A stretch of DNA of 64,000 nucleotides, from positions 1,860,001 through 1,924,000 of the forward strand of contig NC_092680.1 in the NCBI RefSeq assembly GCF_964355755.1. Reading direction: 5' to 3'. This stretch comes from Antedon mediterranea (taxonomy: Eukaryota > Animalia > Echinodermata). A program made the position numbers and the translations under genes. Within the stretch, counting starts at the first letter, position 1; each line of letters begins with the position of its first letter. Positions 36,151 to 50,972 of this stretch are shown here, piece by piece. The notes under the pieces are model-generated. The model was given only the letters and a program-made list of their open reading frames with translations, searched no databases and was not told the DNA's origin.

Positions 36151-36286
36151 ATTATATTTTAATCCAAAGGCAAATTACTGAACAAATGAAAATGCTGTGG
36201 GTATCAGTGGCTGGATCTCAATGAAGATACAAAAAAAAAGCGAAAAGCTAAATCAAAACGATAAAGTAAAACAGCCAGAAAAGTAA

Positions 36287-36323
36287 GCAGAGCTTTCGGG
36301 CAACACTAGCCCTTCATCAGTGC
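36287..36323 (-). ncRNA. Minimal Penelope-type hammerhead ribozyme motif
   Basis: Minus strand: GCA-CTGATGA-A-GGGC TAGTGTT GCCC-GAAA-GC-TC-TGC. Intact cores, 4-bp helix II, palindromic AGCT helix III, 3-bp helix I. Confidence 0.65.
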
Positions 36324-36393
36324 AAGATTATAGATTATATTATATTTTTATATACATTTTATTTTGTTGTCTTTAGATAATTGCAAGTGAATC

Positions 36394-39300
36394 ATGGCGG
36401 ATCCCATTGCAATAGGCGTTGTTGCTGGCATTATAACTATTGCAGCGTCTGCTACTATATACCTACGACTACGTTTTCCCACCATAGGCTCTGATCTAAA
36501 GTTCATCAAACTGATCGCCGGCGTGATGCTGGAAAATAAAAAGTTCGGAAAAAAAAGTTACACAATCATAGACTTGTTTATGGACAGCGTAGACAAGCAC
36601 CCAAATAAAACGTTACTTTTAGATGAAAACGGGTCTGTAACTTACGAAGAAGTAGACCATCTTTCAAGTAAATTCGCGCATTATGTTCGTGAGGAGGGGA
36701 CACTGAAATTGAAAGACGTGGCCGCTGTGTTGATGTACAATAGCCCCGTGTTTTGTTGGACGTGTCTGGGGCTAGGCAAGCTAGGAATCACTGGTGCTCT
36801 ACTTAATTTCAATCTTAGATCGGACGCCTTGCTGCATTGTATTAAAGTTAGCAAAGCAAGGGTTATTATCTGTGAAAACGGTAAGGAGAGTACTTTTAAT
36901 AGATGTTAATAGTAGACCACGTACTTAGTTTCGCATCAGAGACAAAACACCGTCCAAACCGCCTGATAGGCCTACTGCCTACTTTACATGTTTTTGTTGT
37001 CTTATATAGGTTCATCCCACTTTAATTTCCATTATATAGTACATTTCATTTTTATGTACACATCTCTTATATTTTAACTTTCTCCATTGACATTGTGTTT
37101 TTAAATATGTATGTACATAATTTATTTAAATCTACAATTATATTTTCAGATCCTGCTTTTATAGATGCACTAACCGAGATTGATTCTGGTCTAAAGGATC
37201 TTGGTGTAAGCATTTGGGTTATTGGTAAAGAGACAGCAGACCATCCTAAAACACCTTTGATGAAGAATATCACGTGGGATTTACAGTCACAACCAATCCA
37301 TCGACCATCTAGACACTTACGAGATGGCTTGAAACTAGATGATATTGCTGTCTATATTTATACATCTGGGACTACAGGTAAGCTACGATGACGTATTCAG
37401 ATGAGGTGCCGATGACTTTTTTCTCTTGCCTTTTCTTCTATGATACTATAATCCCATGTTTGGTTGATTTAAATTGTCCTTTCTGATGTAGCTCAGTTCT
37501 ACTAATGACCATTATGCCTAAATTTATATATCTATATACATTTTGTTATTAATAGTTGTTGATGTTTGTATTGACCGCACGACAGTTTTTGTGAGTGCCG
37601 CACCACCGTTCCATATAATTTAATTCATGGATACAGGCCTCTAGAAAGATTAGTCAAAGTATACAAACATCGCTCTGTGTTGGGATAGGGAGCTAGGGGA
37701 AGGCCGGGTACAAAGTTCGCCTTTTTGAATGACTTCCATAAATATCAACTTGAACACAAGGAAACATAAAACCCTACAACATTCAGTCAGCCCATACATG
37801 CCAAACAATGCCCAAATCACACAGTATACATATTGATCGAATTTAACACGAGGCGATTTTAATAAACTATTTCCGTAATATGTTTTTAATTTCCCGTGAA
37901 CATAGTTTAATCCTCTGATCCAACGTCATATTTTGACTTTTATAATTGCTATTATTGTTGCGTGTACATCGTTAATATTGACAAAACTGTTTTGATAGCC
38001 GATTTTACGGTCCGTTAATCTGGATTCCAGACAGAATTTTGACTTAATATTAGTAAAAAGATAAAGTTTTTGCACATATGGCGTTTCATACGTATACTTT
38101 CGTTAATGGAAAACAGGCGTAAGCTGCAATATTTAGATGTAAATAATGTAAACTACGGTCATATTACTATGGTATGGGAGTTAATATCTGTTGATTATAG
38201 AAGAATATTAATCATGTTGGGATTATATAATATGTTGTTTTTCTATGTACACAAATCATAGCATAAGGTTAGGTACTTAAATTTATATTTCTAGGTCTAC
38301 CCAAGCCAGCTCGAATATCATGGAGCAAGTTACATAAAGGATCTTATATTATGACAATCTATGACAAAGGGCCTGATAATGTTGTGTATACTCCATTACC
38401 AATGTATCACAGTGCTGGCTATATCATTAGTTTCATGTGCGTCATCAGGATTGGTAAGTTAAGAAAATTAAATAACGAAATGAATAATTCTATGAATAGT
38501 TTTTTTTTTTATTCTTAAAGTTACTGTTTTTATTGTTATTCATAGGTATGACTCTAGCAATGAGAAAGAAATTTTCCGTGAGATATTTTTGGGATGACGT
38601 GAGGAAGTTCAAAGCTACGATTATTCAGTATATTGGAGAAACATGCCGCTATCTTCTCGATGCACCTCAGGTTAGTATAGCAATGATGACGTAGAACCAT
38701 TTGTGACGTAGAACCAGTTATTTTATGACATTAGTTTAACGTCCGCAATTCCGTAGAACCAGTTATGACGTAAAACAAGTTGTGACGTAGAACCAGTTAT
38801 GACATTAGTTTAACGTCCGCAATTCCGTAGAACCAGTTATGAGGTAAAACAAGTTGTGACGTAGAACCAGTTATGACATTAGTTTGACGTCCGTAATTCC
38901 GTAGAACCAGTTATGACGTATAACAAGTTGTGACGTAGAACCAGTTATGACATTAGTTTGACGTCCGTAATTCCGTAGAACCAGTTATGACGTAAAACCA
39001 GTTGTGACGTTGAACCAGTTATGACATATAACTATATTTTGACGTACACAATTCCATAGAACCAGTTATGTCGTAGAGCAACCATACTAGTTTTAAACCA
39101 GTTATGACAGAGCACTACTTTCATTTAACAATATTTTATGAAAAAATTTTTATTTAATTTAGTTAGTTAGTAAATGTGTATGTACCGTAACCATTGGTTC
39201 GTTTAATGTTATATTATATTTTAGAATCCTAATGACGGTGTTTATGACCACACTGTTTCCCTTGCTATTGGTAATGGTCTACGGGAATGTATTTGGAACG

Positions 39301-42164
39301 AATTCCAAACTCGTTTTAACATCGAACGAATTGGAGAATTCTACGGAGCCACTGAAGGCAATCTGTTAACCTTTAACCTCGATGGCAAAGTCGGTTCATG
39401 TGGACAAGTTAGCGAGTTTATGAGGGTAGGTATACCAAACATTTAAAAAGAATATTAACATGATTGTTTTGCAGCCGTTTTATATGAATAAGTCTTGCAT
39501 TTATGACATATTTTCATTTTGGTGTCTTGGGATAATTAAAATAAGGTTGTCAAGTATAATTTTAATTTAGGGAAACTTTTCCGACTGAATACAAAAAAGC
39601 ACAGATGCTTTGTAGGCTTATATCATATATATTATTTGGTTCCGCATCAAAATGGCTGGATACACTATTTAAAATGCGTATGTGAACTATATTATAACAA
39701 ATAATCTGAATCTCTACCTTTTTTTACATTTATGTCCTATTTGTTGGTTCGTGTGAATGCTTATAACCAATAAAGTTATCATCTTTTAGATGGTAGCTGG
39801 TACACTGGAAATTGTTGAATGTGATTTCGAGACATCAGAACCCATCCGAAACAGCAAAGGAATGTGTACTTTACTTGCACCAGGTAAACATCAACTCTTA
39901 CGTGCACTTACTACACTCATATCTCGTATTATATTGTTGTTGGCATAGTCAAATGTAATCGAACGTAACTTGGGTTTGTTTGTATTAAGCATATTCGATC
40001 AAGTTTAATAACAGTTGTAGGCTTTAGCATACCGTACTGATAATGTATGTACGACGACTACGCGACGTCAAATGCGTAATTAGTAAAGACGAATATTTTG
40101 GTACATATGGCGTTTCATACGTATACGTATACTCCTCATAATTCTTCTTCTTCTTTGGAATACTGCTTAACGATCCTTAATTACTATCAAACAAAAGTCG
40201 AAACGTCGACTGGTGGAATAACATAAAAAAGACAATTTTCGAATGAATTCAATATTTACGATAAACAAGACATTTTTAGTGCAAAAAGGGAAATTTTTCC
40301 CACATTACTATATGCTTATTAATAGATCATACGAATACTATTAGGTCAGGCTGGTCTTGTGATTAACCAGATCACACCTAAAACACCAGTTGATGGCTAT
40401 GTCGCCTCAAAAGAAGTAAACGAGAAGAAAATGATACGAAATGTTAAGAAACAGGGCGATGTATACTTTAATTTTGGTGATCTCCTATTCATGGATAAAG
40501 AAGGCTACCTGTACTTCAAAGATCGCATCGGTGATACCTTTAGGTAAGATTTTCGGTGATTTTAACTAGCTAGGTACCGTCATTATTTGAGTCACATAAT
40601 AGGTGAGATCTCTTTACTATGCAAGCGTTTGTTTGTTTTGAATTTGTATTGTTTTAAACTTTTCCTTGTTTTGCTTCTGCAATGTTTTTCTTCATTGCTA
40701 AACTGTGATTAGTTTCGCAGTATTTTACTTTAAATGATTTGTTTTGAATTATTCATTATTGTTTTAATCTATTAGTTGTTTTGGAAGCATCTCATGATTT
40801 TTTTTTTTTTGCATTGAACTATTTTGTTTTAGATGGAAAGGCGAGAACGTAGCTACCACTGAAGTAGATAATGTCCTAACGGATTTTGATGGTGTTAACA
40901 TCGCAAACACCTACGGCGTTGAAGTAGGAGGTAAGGCCGACCTTTTTACATAGGCCCCCTACTACGTTAATCCTCCCGGTAGCACCCCACTCTGTCCTTC
41001 CAGACAATTTTAGCCGCCTTGCACAAAAAATGATTTAGTTTCAGTGCAGTGTGATTTTCCTGAATGTGACCCTAATTCATTGAATCAATCTGTGATGACC
41101 CTTATTGAATGAGTCTCTTCTCTCACACAAAGGTAACAATGTATTATCGTAAATAGATCAAGTAGAACTCTTGAAACTACTTCTTTACTGGAATGAGAGA
41201 TTATGTGATAAAACTGGCTTATGTTTGATAGATAGTATTAGTGTGGGGCGCGAGCTCGTGACGCATGCGCAAAAACTGCATGATTAATGGTGCTCGGTCG
41301 TCAAATTGGTTGGACGAGCCATGGAGGAAATATATAGATTTCCTCCATGGGCGAACTGCGTTGAACATGTTAATATTTTTTCAGTTTGTGGGAGTACCTT
41401 ATTCTTGTTTATCAACCTTTTTCAGGTTTTTCATGTACATTTTTAAACTGCAGTTGTTAAAATTTTTGCTTTCAGAAAGCATGCACACATTGTGGTAATA
41501 TAAGTTCCCTTAAAATACATTCGTTTTGTATAAAATGTAAAGTTCTGTCTACACTATCAAACTTTATGTTTAAAAAATGTAGTGTGCCCATGTATGGACA
41601 CGATGATGTCATATTACTACCATGTTTGAGCATATCACTACCATATTTAGACACATCATACTTTTATTGAAAAATTGTTTAATAGTGTAGACAGAGTATA
41701 CGCGAGAACATGGTTTAGGAATTATTGTTTCTTCGTCTGACCGATGAGCTTATGAGCTTTGTGCGTTCCTGCAATATTGCTGCACGATGTTGCTGTCAAG
41801 TTCCAATAAATCTTTCGTTTCTGATAATCTATAACATTTCTATTTTTTTGTAGAAAATGAAGGCAGAGCAGGTATGAGCTGTGTAGTCCTAAAGTTTGAT
41901 TTCAATGAGGACGTGTGGAAGCAGTTATATAGTCACGTGACGGACAAACTTCCAATCTACGCATGTCCGAAGTTCTTACGATATGTTAAAGAGATGCCGG
42001 TCACGGGAACCTTTAAACACTGTAAAGTTCAACTTCTTAAAGAGGGTTTCAATCCGGAAAACGTGAAGGATCCGCTCTACTATTTTGACCAAAAAGCTAA
42101 ATCATACAAGTTATTAGACTCTCCGGCCTATGAATCGATAATGAGCGGAGAAATACGTTTGTAA
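36394..42164 (+). CDS. SLC27A2: Long-chain fatty acid transport protein / very-long-chain acyl-CoA synthetase (SLC27 family, SLC27A2/A6-like), 9 coding exons
   Basis: Exons 36394-36880, 37150-37377, 38295-38453, 38546-38670, 39225-39425, 39790-39883, 40345-40543, 40833-40930, 41854-42164. Motifs [69 protein letters not shown] probable non-coding exon ends at ~34253. The exact paralogue is uncertain. Confidence 0.93.
38686..39110. repeat. 74-bp higher-order tandem repeat built from ~17-bp monomers
   Basis: Unit starts at 38784, 38858 and 38932 (period 74). The monomer resembles GACGTAGAACCAGTTAT. Confidence 0.9.
41320..41349. other. Palindromic micro-insertion with degenerate 7-bp TSD
   Basis: CATGGAGGAAATATATAGATTTCCTCCATG flanked by GACGAGC / GGCGAAC (2 mismatches). 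Confidence 0.6.
41541..41698. mobile_element. MITE family A copy
   Basis: TCTGTCTACACTATCAAACT ... ATAGTGTAGACAGAG. Confidence 0.8.
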
Positions 42165-42815
42165 ACTTAGGCACTACCTTTCTATACTTTATTACTATAA
42201 TTTTAAATGAAAAAATAATATAATTAAATAGTGCCAGATTTAATTTGAAAGAAAACAATCTTCCCAGGTTAAATATACTAGCAGTCTAATAATAATTTGG
42301 AATGGCCAAATTGTGACTTTTTGTTGTCATAAAGTTTTTTTTAAGCATTGCGTACATTCATATATGCGCATGGTATGACTAGGATCATGATCCAATTTCT
42401 CTTTTTATTCTTTGGTGGTGGTTGCAACTCTCTAATTGCTCTTGTTCAAGTAAGTTCCCTGTTCCACTATGATTCAAAACTCGTACCACTCCGGTTCAAT
42501 TTAAACTATTTTAAATCATCTCACCGTTAACTTTTTTGTAACCTTCGATCCGTTTTAATATAATAATACTTATATTTCATCTTGCAATATTTACACGTTG
42601 TGTTATTGTAGATACTTCTAACTTGGTTTGTGGTAATGTAAATGTCTTCCAGGCCTACTTTATTACGGGTTGTACATAAAGTGCAGATAAACATTTCTAT
42701 GAAAAATATGTGATACATTAAATTATGTTGTACTGTGTTGTGGTAACTGATTACTTGTTCTGTATCTCTAAATGTTATGGAATTATATTTCCATGAGTAT
42801 AGGCAAAATAGTAAA

Positions 42816-42952
42816 GCATGGTTCTCACTAGGAATCAACGCAAGGACGTAGACGCAACGCAAGTGAGTTAACCAATTACACGCGACTGTTCGGATAATCC
42901 ATCGCTTGTGATTGGTCAATTCCTTGTGTTGCGTCCAAGTGGGAACCAAGCT
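42816..42952. mobile_element. MITE family B copy (diverged)
   Basis: AGCATGGTTCTCACTAG ... AGTGGGAACCAAGCT. Confidence 0.7.
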
Positions 42953-43539
42953 ATAAATACCTGTATTACGTTAAGGTTGTGGTTAGACTAGGCTTATGGC
43001 CTATGATACATGCGCACATTTCATTTATTTCCGACACTTTTAGAACTGTTGCACTCACATAATTTGTCTGTGATACTAATGTACAAATGATAGTGTCGAG
43101 AATCGATTAGTTGTAATTTGTTTCAGGTATAAAGTACATGCACTCCATCCCATTTTTTTGTTTGACTAATGGGGGGGGGGGGGGTTCATGATTTTAGTTG
43201 ATTTGATCAATGGCTACTTCTATTACCTGATATTTATTAAATTATCAATAAATTTTAGATATTATTATGATGTTAATTGCAAGCGGCAATTTAAAGTTAA
43301 ATTATTAAAATATAAATGAAATACAATGCATTTAAATTAAGGGTAGCGTCATTCATTACGTCAGTACTATCATTCACGATATATGTATTTTTATATATAC
43401 AATTGTGTTTATTTATATATGGGATGTATTACAACATAATTTGTGTATTTTGTACAGAATTTGGTATTTAGGTAACATTGAACATTGTTTCAATTGGTAT
43501 ATGTTCACCTATTTTCGTCATTTCGACACATGTATATTA

Positions 43540-43717
43540 AGCGTGGTTCCCATAGCGACGCAACACAAGGACGTACCGCAACGCAAGTGAATTGACCAAT
43601 CACAAGCGATGGCTTATTCGCTTGTGATTGTTAACTGTCTATAACTTCGCTTGTCATTGGTTAAAACGCTTGCGTTGCGTTTACGTCCTTGCGTTACGTT
43701 CTAGTGGGAACCAAGCT
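43540..43717. mobile_element. MITE family B copy (full length)
   Basis: AGCGTGGTTCCCATAG ... CTAGTGGGAACCAAGCT with TTA TSD on both sides. Confidence 0.9.
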
Positions 43718-46700
43718 TTAGAAGAATAATATTATATTTTCAACTCTATAACTGTTATATCGCGAACTATTTTAATATCATTACTAACGTATATTTATTA
43801 AACTGGTGATTTTAGATTAAAAAACGTGTTTTATAGGTACACTTTTCTTATGAATTATATATTAAATACGTCGATCATATTTTGTATTAATTCATTTTGT
43901 GAATTATTATGTAGATTTTTATAATTAATGAAGTATATTGGTTCTAACAAGTTTATAAATGTTGTTTACTCTTTTATAGTCACTAACTGATTGATTTAAC
44001 AGAAAAATATGTAAAAAAATAATAATACTGAAATAAATAATATGTGATTAAAAGCAGGCCCAACCACACGAACTTAAATTTTAGCTCCGGGAATAAAGTT
44101 TCTAATCTAATCTCATTTCTCAACATTGATAACATCCTCACTCATTTTTTCGAGAAAAAAAAGTGTGGCCATTATCAATGTTGTTGCAAAGGTAGTATAT
44201 GTCTAAACAAAAGACATCTTAACCCGGAGGCGATATTTCTTTTCGTACATAAGTTAGGGGCACCTAATGAAACGTCACAAAATAAACATTAGTCATATCC
44301 ATGTGAAATAGAATTGAGCTAACTACAATTCGTTATGCAAACGCTTTCCGTCAAGCCGTCTGTTGTGTAGTTGAGTGGACTGTGGAATTTACTTGTCGAT
44401 GTATCGGGTTCGAATCCCGTGAGCAACTTCTTTTTACTTTATAGTGAGCGAGAAATTATTTAGAGGGTTAAGTTAAATTTAGGAAGTATTTCGGCCATCT
44501 TTCACATTATGTACGAAAACAAAATCGCAATCCGGAGCTACCTTTTTAAATCTGCAGACTTCTACCGCTAAATACGTTCCTTCTTGAGAATGACGAAACT
44601 TTATCTCAGCAAATCATTCGTCTAACTACCATTAGAAATGTTATTTACAATAAATAACCAGAGTATAACAGTTAAAATTGGTTTCCGACTGTTAACTACA
44701 ATGGGTTCGTTTCACTAACGCGTTAGGAACGCGACATGAGTTAAGGTTGCGTTACTAGAATTGATGGGAATCCTATTTCGACAGATTTTATTTCATTCAA
44801 TAATAATAATTCTTCACCATACGTGGTCCTCGGGACCTTCTTAACCCTAGTAATAATATTGTAAATAAATGGTATGTAGAACAGTTTCAAGGTGGTATCA
44901 ACCACCATGGAGTAATATCCATGATTCAACTTATTCGATATTAAGAAATAGGCCTAGATTTCCCGCCAATTCAATACATTTAAAAATGTAGAAAGTGTTC
45001 AAATTTACAGTATTGTAGGCCTATTGTGAATCACAAATAACTAAAAAAGAACATCATGATTTATCAACGAAAATTAAACTGTTGTTACTTTTAATCCGAG
45101 ACGCACCTGTGGTATGTAGTATAGCGGTATGTAGTACAATAGGCTTTGTGAAGACCAGGTAATTAAGAATTTGAATCCCTCGAAAACACACGCGAGTAAA
45201 TCACGGCGCCATGACGTAGTAGTGTATTATGATTATGATTCTATTTATTAAAGCAACGTATATGGATATATATTAATACTGAAATGAGAGCAAATCATCT
45301 TGATGGCGCTGTTGCAAATCATATTCACATATCAAATCATATCAGCTTAAAAGTTGAGAAAGAGTTTGGCTAGCTACGGTATCACTTCACAGAAGCAGCT
45401 GGTGTAGCGGGGTTGATCAGTTGAGACAGGCCGAGTGGATCAGCTTCATCGGGAGTTTTTTGGGCTTGGATTGTTAATTATAAGCTGAGACAGTTTATAC
45501 ATTTGAGAATTATTATTTGATGTTTGGAGAATTATTATAAAAGGTATGTATACTCAATAGATAATTATGATATGGGCCTACTTTGATTTAAAAATCGATA
45601 ATTATATGAGTGACAATAGATAAAAATAAAAAAGTAAACAAGTAATATAATATTAATAATTTTAAACTTAAAATTATTATTTATAGGTAGGCCTACATTA
45701 ATAACAATTTAACATTTTAGTTCCCTTACCTATATCCTTTAACATTTCTAAATATTTGATTTTAATTTACAAATTTTCCATCCTTCTTAATTAAACATTT
45801 ATATTATATCAAGGCTATATACTTGTCAATTTGCTATTATTTTATTTAGTACACAGTATTTTTTAGCTTTTTGACACCCAAGTTTTTACAGGCACATTCG
45901 ACATTTTTTTAAATTTATTATATTTATAAAAAAAATTATTATGATAAATACTTAATTGAATACGAATGCAAGGGCCCTTTACGTACCCAGTACCATTGTT
46001 TACGATGTATATTAATATAATGAAATGTGACATCCGTTTGGAATAGGACGGTTTTAATTAAGTCTGACTAATATTACAGTATACTATTATTAAACAATCA
46101 TATAATAAGCGGTAATGTAGTGTATCTATTAATGTGTTCTTCGTATATTAGGACGGTCTAGACTATTCATCAATCAAAGACTCACTTCGTTCTGTGTGAA
46201 TTTATTATGTGCATTGCATTTTATTCATTTAATTGTTTGTTAAGCAGGACAGTCAGATGCTCACATCATTATGACACTTGTGAATAAATAGCTAGCTTGT
46301 CTCGACAAGTTAGTCAAACAGTGTGGTGATGTGAGATTCCGTTTTCGGACTTTTTTTCTGTTTTCTTGGTCAATTTATTCGGTTATTGGGCTTTTTCCTG
46401 GTTTGTTTTACATCAACTTTTTTCATTTCTACGATTTGTATTTTGCGCTATACATATTTAAAACCATTAATAGCACGTCACTTTATTGATTGATTGAAGG
46501 CCGTGCATTCCCTCATACTGTATAGCATAATATGCACCCCTTCCCCCACCTTCTGATCTTCCCCAGCTCTTCATGGTATATTATACTGACATCAGACAGA
46601 CGTTGGTAGGCTACCAGTAATAGCGTATTTTATCTAGACATTTCCTTTAATTAGCGGCATTACACTTATTATATTTACTTATAATCGGTTGGTTAGATGT

Positions 46701-49464
46701 CAAGATGGATTGACCTTGGCAGAGTTGCCAACTTTGCTACGGGCATATTAATAATATTCCAAATACGCACCAATAATACAAATTACAATTCGCAATATCG
46801 GCAATTGAATAATACGATTAACTTACTTAACACTTAAAGTTGTCCAGATTTATACTGGGTTCGTTTAAAAAAAAAGGAAAATCGTCATGAGCTTAGCTGT
46901 TAGGCCTATACCATTACTTCATCTACTGGTTTCTAGTTTGAAAAGGGCACTTATTGAAACAAATGAGACTGGTCTGCACTTGATATCAAATCGGTTGGAG
47001 AAACTTAAGTTTAACTATTTTTCATGGTTTCTCTCTAAAGTGAGTTTGTCATAAACACTGAGACCTAAAAGAAAACTACAGAATGTCAAGTACAAATTAT
47101 TGTAATATTATTGTCCTTTTCCTAATTATAAATCAAATTATAGCAATGCACAATATTAACAAAATATTTAATGATTTTCGGTATTGTTATCTTTGTATAG
47201 TTAACTTCTTGGCACATACTCAAAAGGAAATCCTGAATAACAGTTCAGTCATAAAAAATGACTAATTATGTCTTAATGTGTTTTTGATTGCCATCTATGT
47301 ATGGTGGCTGTATTGTAATGTAATACGTTACATTTTTAATTAATAATAATGTATTGTTTTAATAAGAGTTCATCATTAATATTAACAGTACTAACACGTA
47401 ACTGACTTAATGGACTTCGATAATTGTAACTTTAGTTGTCTTCGTAAAAGTACAACGAAATGTCTGTTTCCCTTTTCTTTTTAATATCTGAATTTTCCAT
47501 CTTAATAACTAGTAACCTTTTTTTTTCTTAATTCCACCTAACCAATGTTTAACTTTTTATCAGATATATTCCTACTTATTACCATTGCTATTAACATGTA
47601 AGGGATGCTCTTGGACTAATAACGAATAATTTTAAAAGACCCAAAATGTTTAACTTGCGGTTGGAATTTCAACATCAATATAATACTGACCAGAAAAACA
47701 TTGCGTGTGTAGAGAACATGAAGGATATATTACTCTGTACAAGATGATATTACGCTGCGGGTATATAGTGCCCGGGGCCCTATGGTCCTCGAACAACTCA
47801 AACAAGTCATTCAACCCATGTACAACCTAAGAAATGTGCTAAGCTTGCAGGCATTACATCAAGTTAGCATCCAAGAACAGACATACAAGCATCTTACAAC
47901 ACGGTCAACATATCTCAAAAACCCAGGGAGATTCCGTTATTTGATAAACGTAGTGATAGGCCAACACTTTGTTAAAACAATAGCAGCTATAACACCCACA
48001 TCAAGCCTGATTATCATCAAAATCAAGCAAAGAAGGTCAACCGTAGATGTTTATTTATTATTTTCATAAATTAATTCACAATAAGACTGAAAGAAAATTT
48101 GAGAGACGTCTTCTGTAGGCCCAGTAGATTATAACTTACAATTCTAATGTTACTCTTACCACCATATTGATATACAAAACTTCATGTTTAAACATGAGTA
48201 GTCAAGATTAGGAAGTTTAGATCTTGAAGGGAAAAACGAATCTGTAAACTTTGCAAAAATAAGACGTTTGGAAATGAATAACACTTTGTTTTAGTATTTT
48301 TATACTACAAATAAATAATTTAGTCTTTATTAAAATCTTATTATTTAATCAACCAACAAAACAGGTTTATTTTACTAATGAGTAAGTAATCAATACATTG
48401 TAATATTTGCCTTTTTCGCATAGGCCTATAGGAGAGAAACTAATATCGGTATTTATTTCATTTATATCATGAAAGTATTGAAATATAATTTAAATAATTT
48501 TGATAAAGAAGATGTTAGTTATGTTATTATACTGTAATTTTTTATCCTAAATTATATAATTATATATTCTAGGTTTATTTTTATTTTTTTAGTAATGTGT
48601 TTTGTTGTGGGTCCCTACGAGACAAGTGTTTAACTTCTAGAAGGGATCCATGATAATAATGACTACCAATTACTGCTTTATCTATGTTCACTTTAATATC
48701 TTTTTTCTATTTTGTATATATTCATTCATTATTATCTAAATAAATATTATCTGAATTATCTGTTACTACTACTATTTAAACTATCTACTACTATCTATTA
48801 TTGTAGGCCTACTTGGGCCAGGATTTAATAAATGAATGAATGAATAGCCATTTTCAGGCTTCGCTTATAAAACGCATCGTTATCAAATCAATATTTTAGT
48901 AAAAGAAGTTTAACAAAATATGACTCATTTCCCAAAGCACCACTTTTGTCAGCGGCAAGTACCCTATCGACGCCTACCAATACTATTTCTCTGCCTTTGA
49001 TCTTTGCAAAATACCGTCCATTCCAGGGAGTTATGAAAATTATGTCGACTGTAATGTTCGAATGATTGACCCGAATCCACTACACCTCTTGCAAAGACGG
49101 ATGAAGGCATCTCTAGTTTTACACGAGGGCACCCCGCTACTTCTGGTATTTCGACAAGAGGCCAGCGGCCAGCTTTGCCTGATATCATCAGCTGAGGCAG
49201 GCTAACCTTCTCTTATGGGAATTTCATTTTAAGTAAACTCTTTAATATTCGGATATATTTTGTTATAGTAATTAGTTGAATAGTTATCTCTTTTATGTTA
49301 TTGAATCGCTAAACTTAGAAACACATTTGGGTTTTTTTTCTAAAATTATGTAAGTATTATTATAAGCCATAAAGTAATATAACTCTAAACATACTTGTAA
49401 CTCCCTTTAATTTGTTTCTAAATGAAACAGAAATTCCTACGAATAGTAGGCCTAAGTATAATAT

Positions 49465-49625
49465 GGAGATTGGTGGTTAACGTGCTTGCCGTCCAATCCA
49501 AAGGTTCCAAACCTGGTTCAATCATGACTAGGGCCACACGATCTCAAATGTGACTTAGTTTATAAACACGTTGAAGTGTATCTTGTAATAATTTGCTTGT
49601 TGGATGTGTATGAAATAAAGCAAAT
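49465..49625 (+). mobile_element. Degenerate tRNA-derived SINE
   Basis: TGGTGGTTA...CAATCC...GGTTCAA head. Tail CTCAAATGTGACTTAGTTTATAAAC...GTATGAAATAAA is shared with the copy at 57054. Confidence 0.55.
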
Positions 49626-50972
49626 GAATAATATAGAAATATAGCAAACATCTATTTACTTTTATATAACACCTATATAAATTCCTGTCATTTGATTGGA
49701 CGAATGTGGGTCACATGGCGTGCAATAGTACGCACTATTCAACGATCGTTAAATAGTACTTTTTGAAACATTTTTGTGTACGAAAAAAAAACGTCTAGAT
49801 GTTATATAAAACAAATAATGAATGTTTTGTATTCGTGTAATGGTACAAATAATGGCACTTGGTGAATGATGAACCCCTTGCCATTATTTGTACCATTGCA
49901 CTCATAAACATTCATTATTTGTATAATATTATGTTCATACATAGATGTCTTTAATTTAATTTTCAAACTTATGTACAGAGAAAGATTTACCTTCATTCCA
50001 CAATCGTCGTCACTATTTATAATTGAAAAAATTATCCCTAGTGTTATAATTATTTATCCTTACTTCTTATAATAATATATATATATATATAATAAGCAGT
50101 ATACTTTAAGATTTATTAATACAATTACCAAATTAAACAATTTACTTGCATACAAATTCTCCAGTGGGTATTTGGGTATGTAGGTGAAACTATCCCGAAC
50201 TGAAATTCTTATGTGAAAGGAGGGGGTTACGTAAGCTTGCCTGTATCGTCATGTTCTGTTAGTTTGATCTATGAAAGATATGAATGACGTCAATTAAAGA
50301 ACTTCTCCCTTCATTTGATATTTCACAGTAGTATATACATACCACAGGTAATGTGTTAGCTGTGGTTCATCTAACTTTCACGCTCTAATTTCATAATTGA
50401 TTCAGAAGGTGATGTTTCTGTGGCCAAACATTGACACCTGCAAATGTTGTCTGTCGGTTAAATTATTTTTTTTAAACATAATGCACAAATGGTCATGTTA
50501 ATAAGGAGCTCGATTTGTGACGACTTAGGATATAGGACATTTTACAAATAATATGTCCTTGGTCGTCGCATGAACTTAGGGAATCGAGCGAGGACGAACG
50601 CCCTAATGTCGCCGCATGCGCACAATCAAGGAACACGACGACCTATAACTAGGTTCTGGTCATTGCAAATAATGATGATTGGTATACGCTTATTAATACT
50701 TAATGATTTATCAACAAATATTTGTATTTATTTGTTGAAATCAATAAACAACAATTTTAACGAATTTCAAGTTCAAATAATAGCATTTTAACATTTCTAT
50801 TTTAAAAATAAATATTTTGTAGCCTACTATTGAAGTCACACGAAATTTTCTAGCAGTGACTATACATTTTCATAGTTCTTCAGGAATTTTGTAAGTTTAA
50901 AACAGGAACATTATTAGTTAATGTATGTATGTATTCTATTTTTATATTGTTTTTTTTTATTACTTTAGAACA

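Noticed and set aside
44355-44435. tRNA gene (GGTTCGAATCCC B-box followed by a T-run)
   Set aside because: I could not fold an acceptor stem or anticodon arm. More likely a decayed SINE head or repeat interior; tRNAscan-SE would settle it.
44906-44923. CATGGAGTAATATCCATG as another excision scar
   Set aside because: The arms fit the family but the flanking 7-mers (CAACCAC / ATTCAAC) do not match, so it was not counted.
42165-50900. Short ORFs between the SLC27 gene and thrombospondin
   Set aside because: AT-rich, no recognisable motifs or consistent exon chain. Probably intergenic DNA plus the thrombospondin promoter and 5' UTR intron (candidate donor at ~45544).
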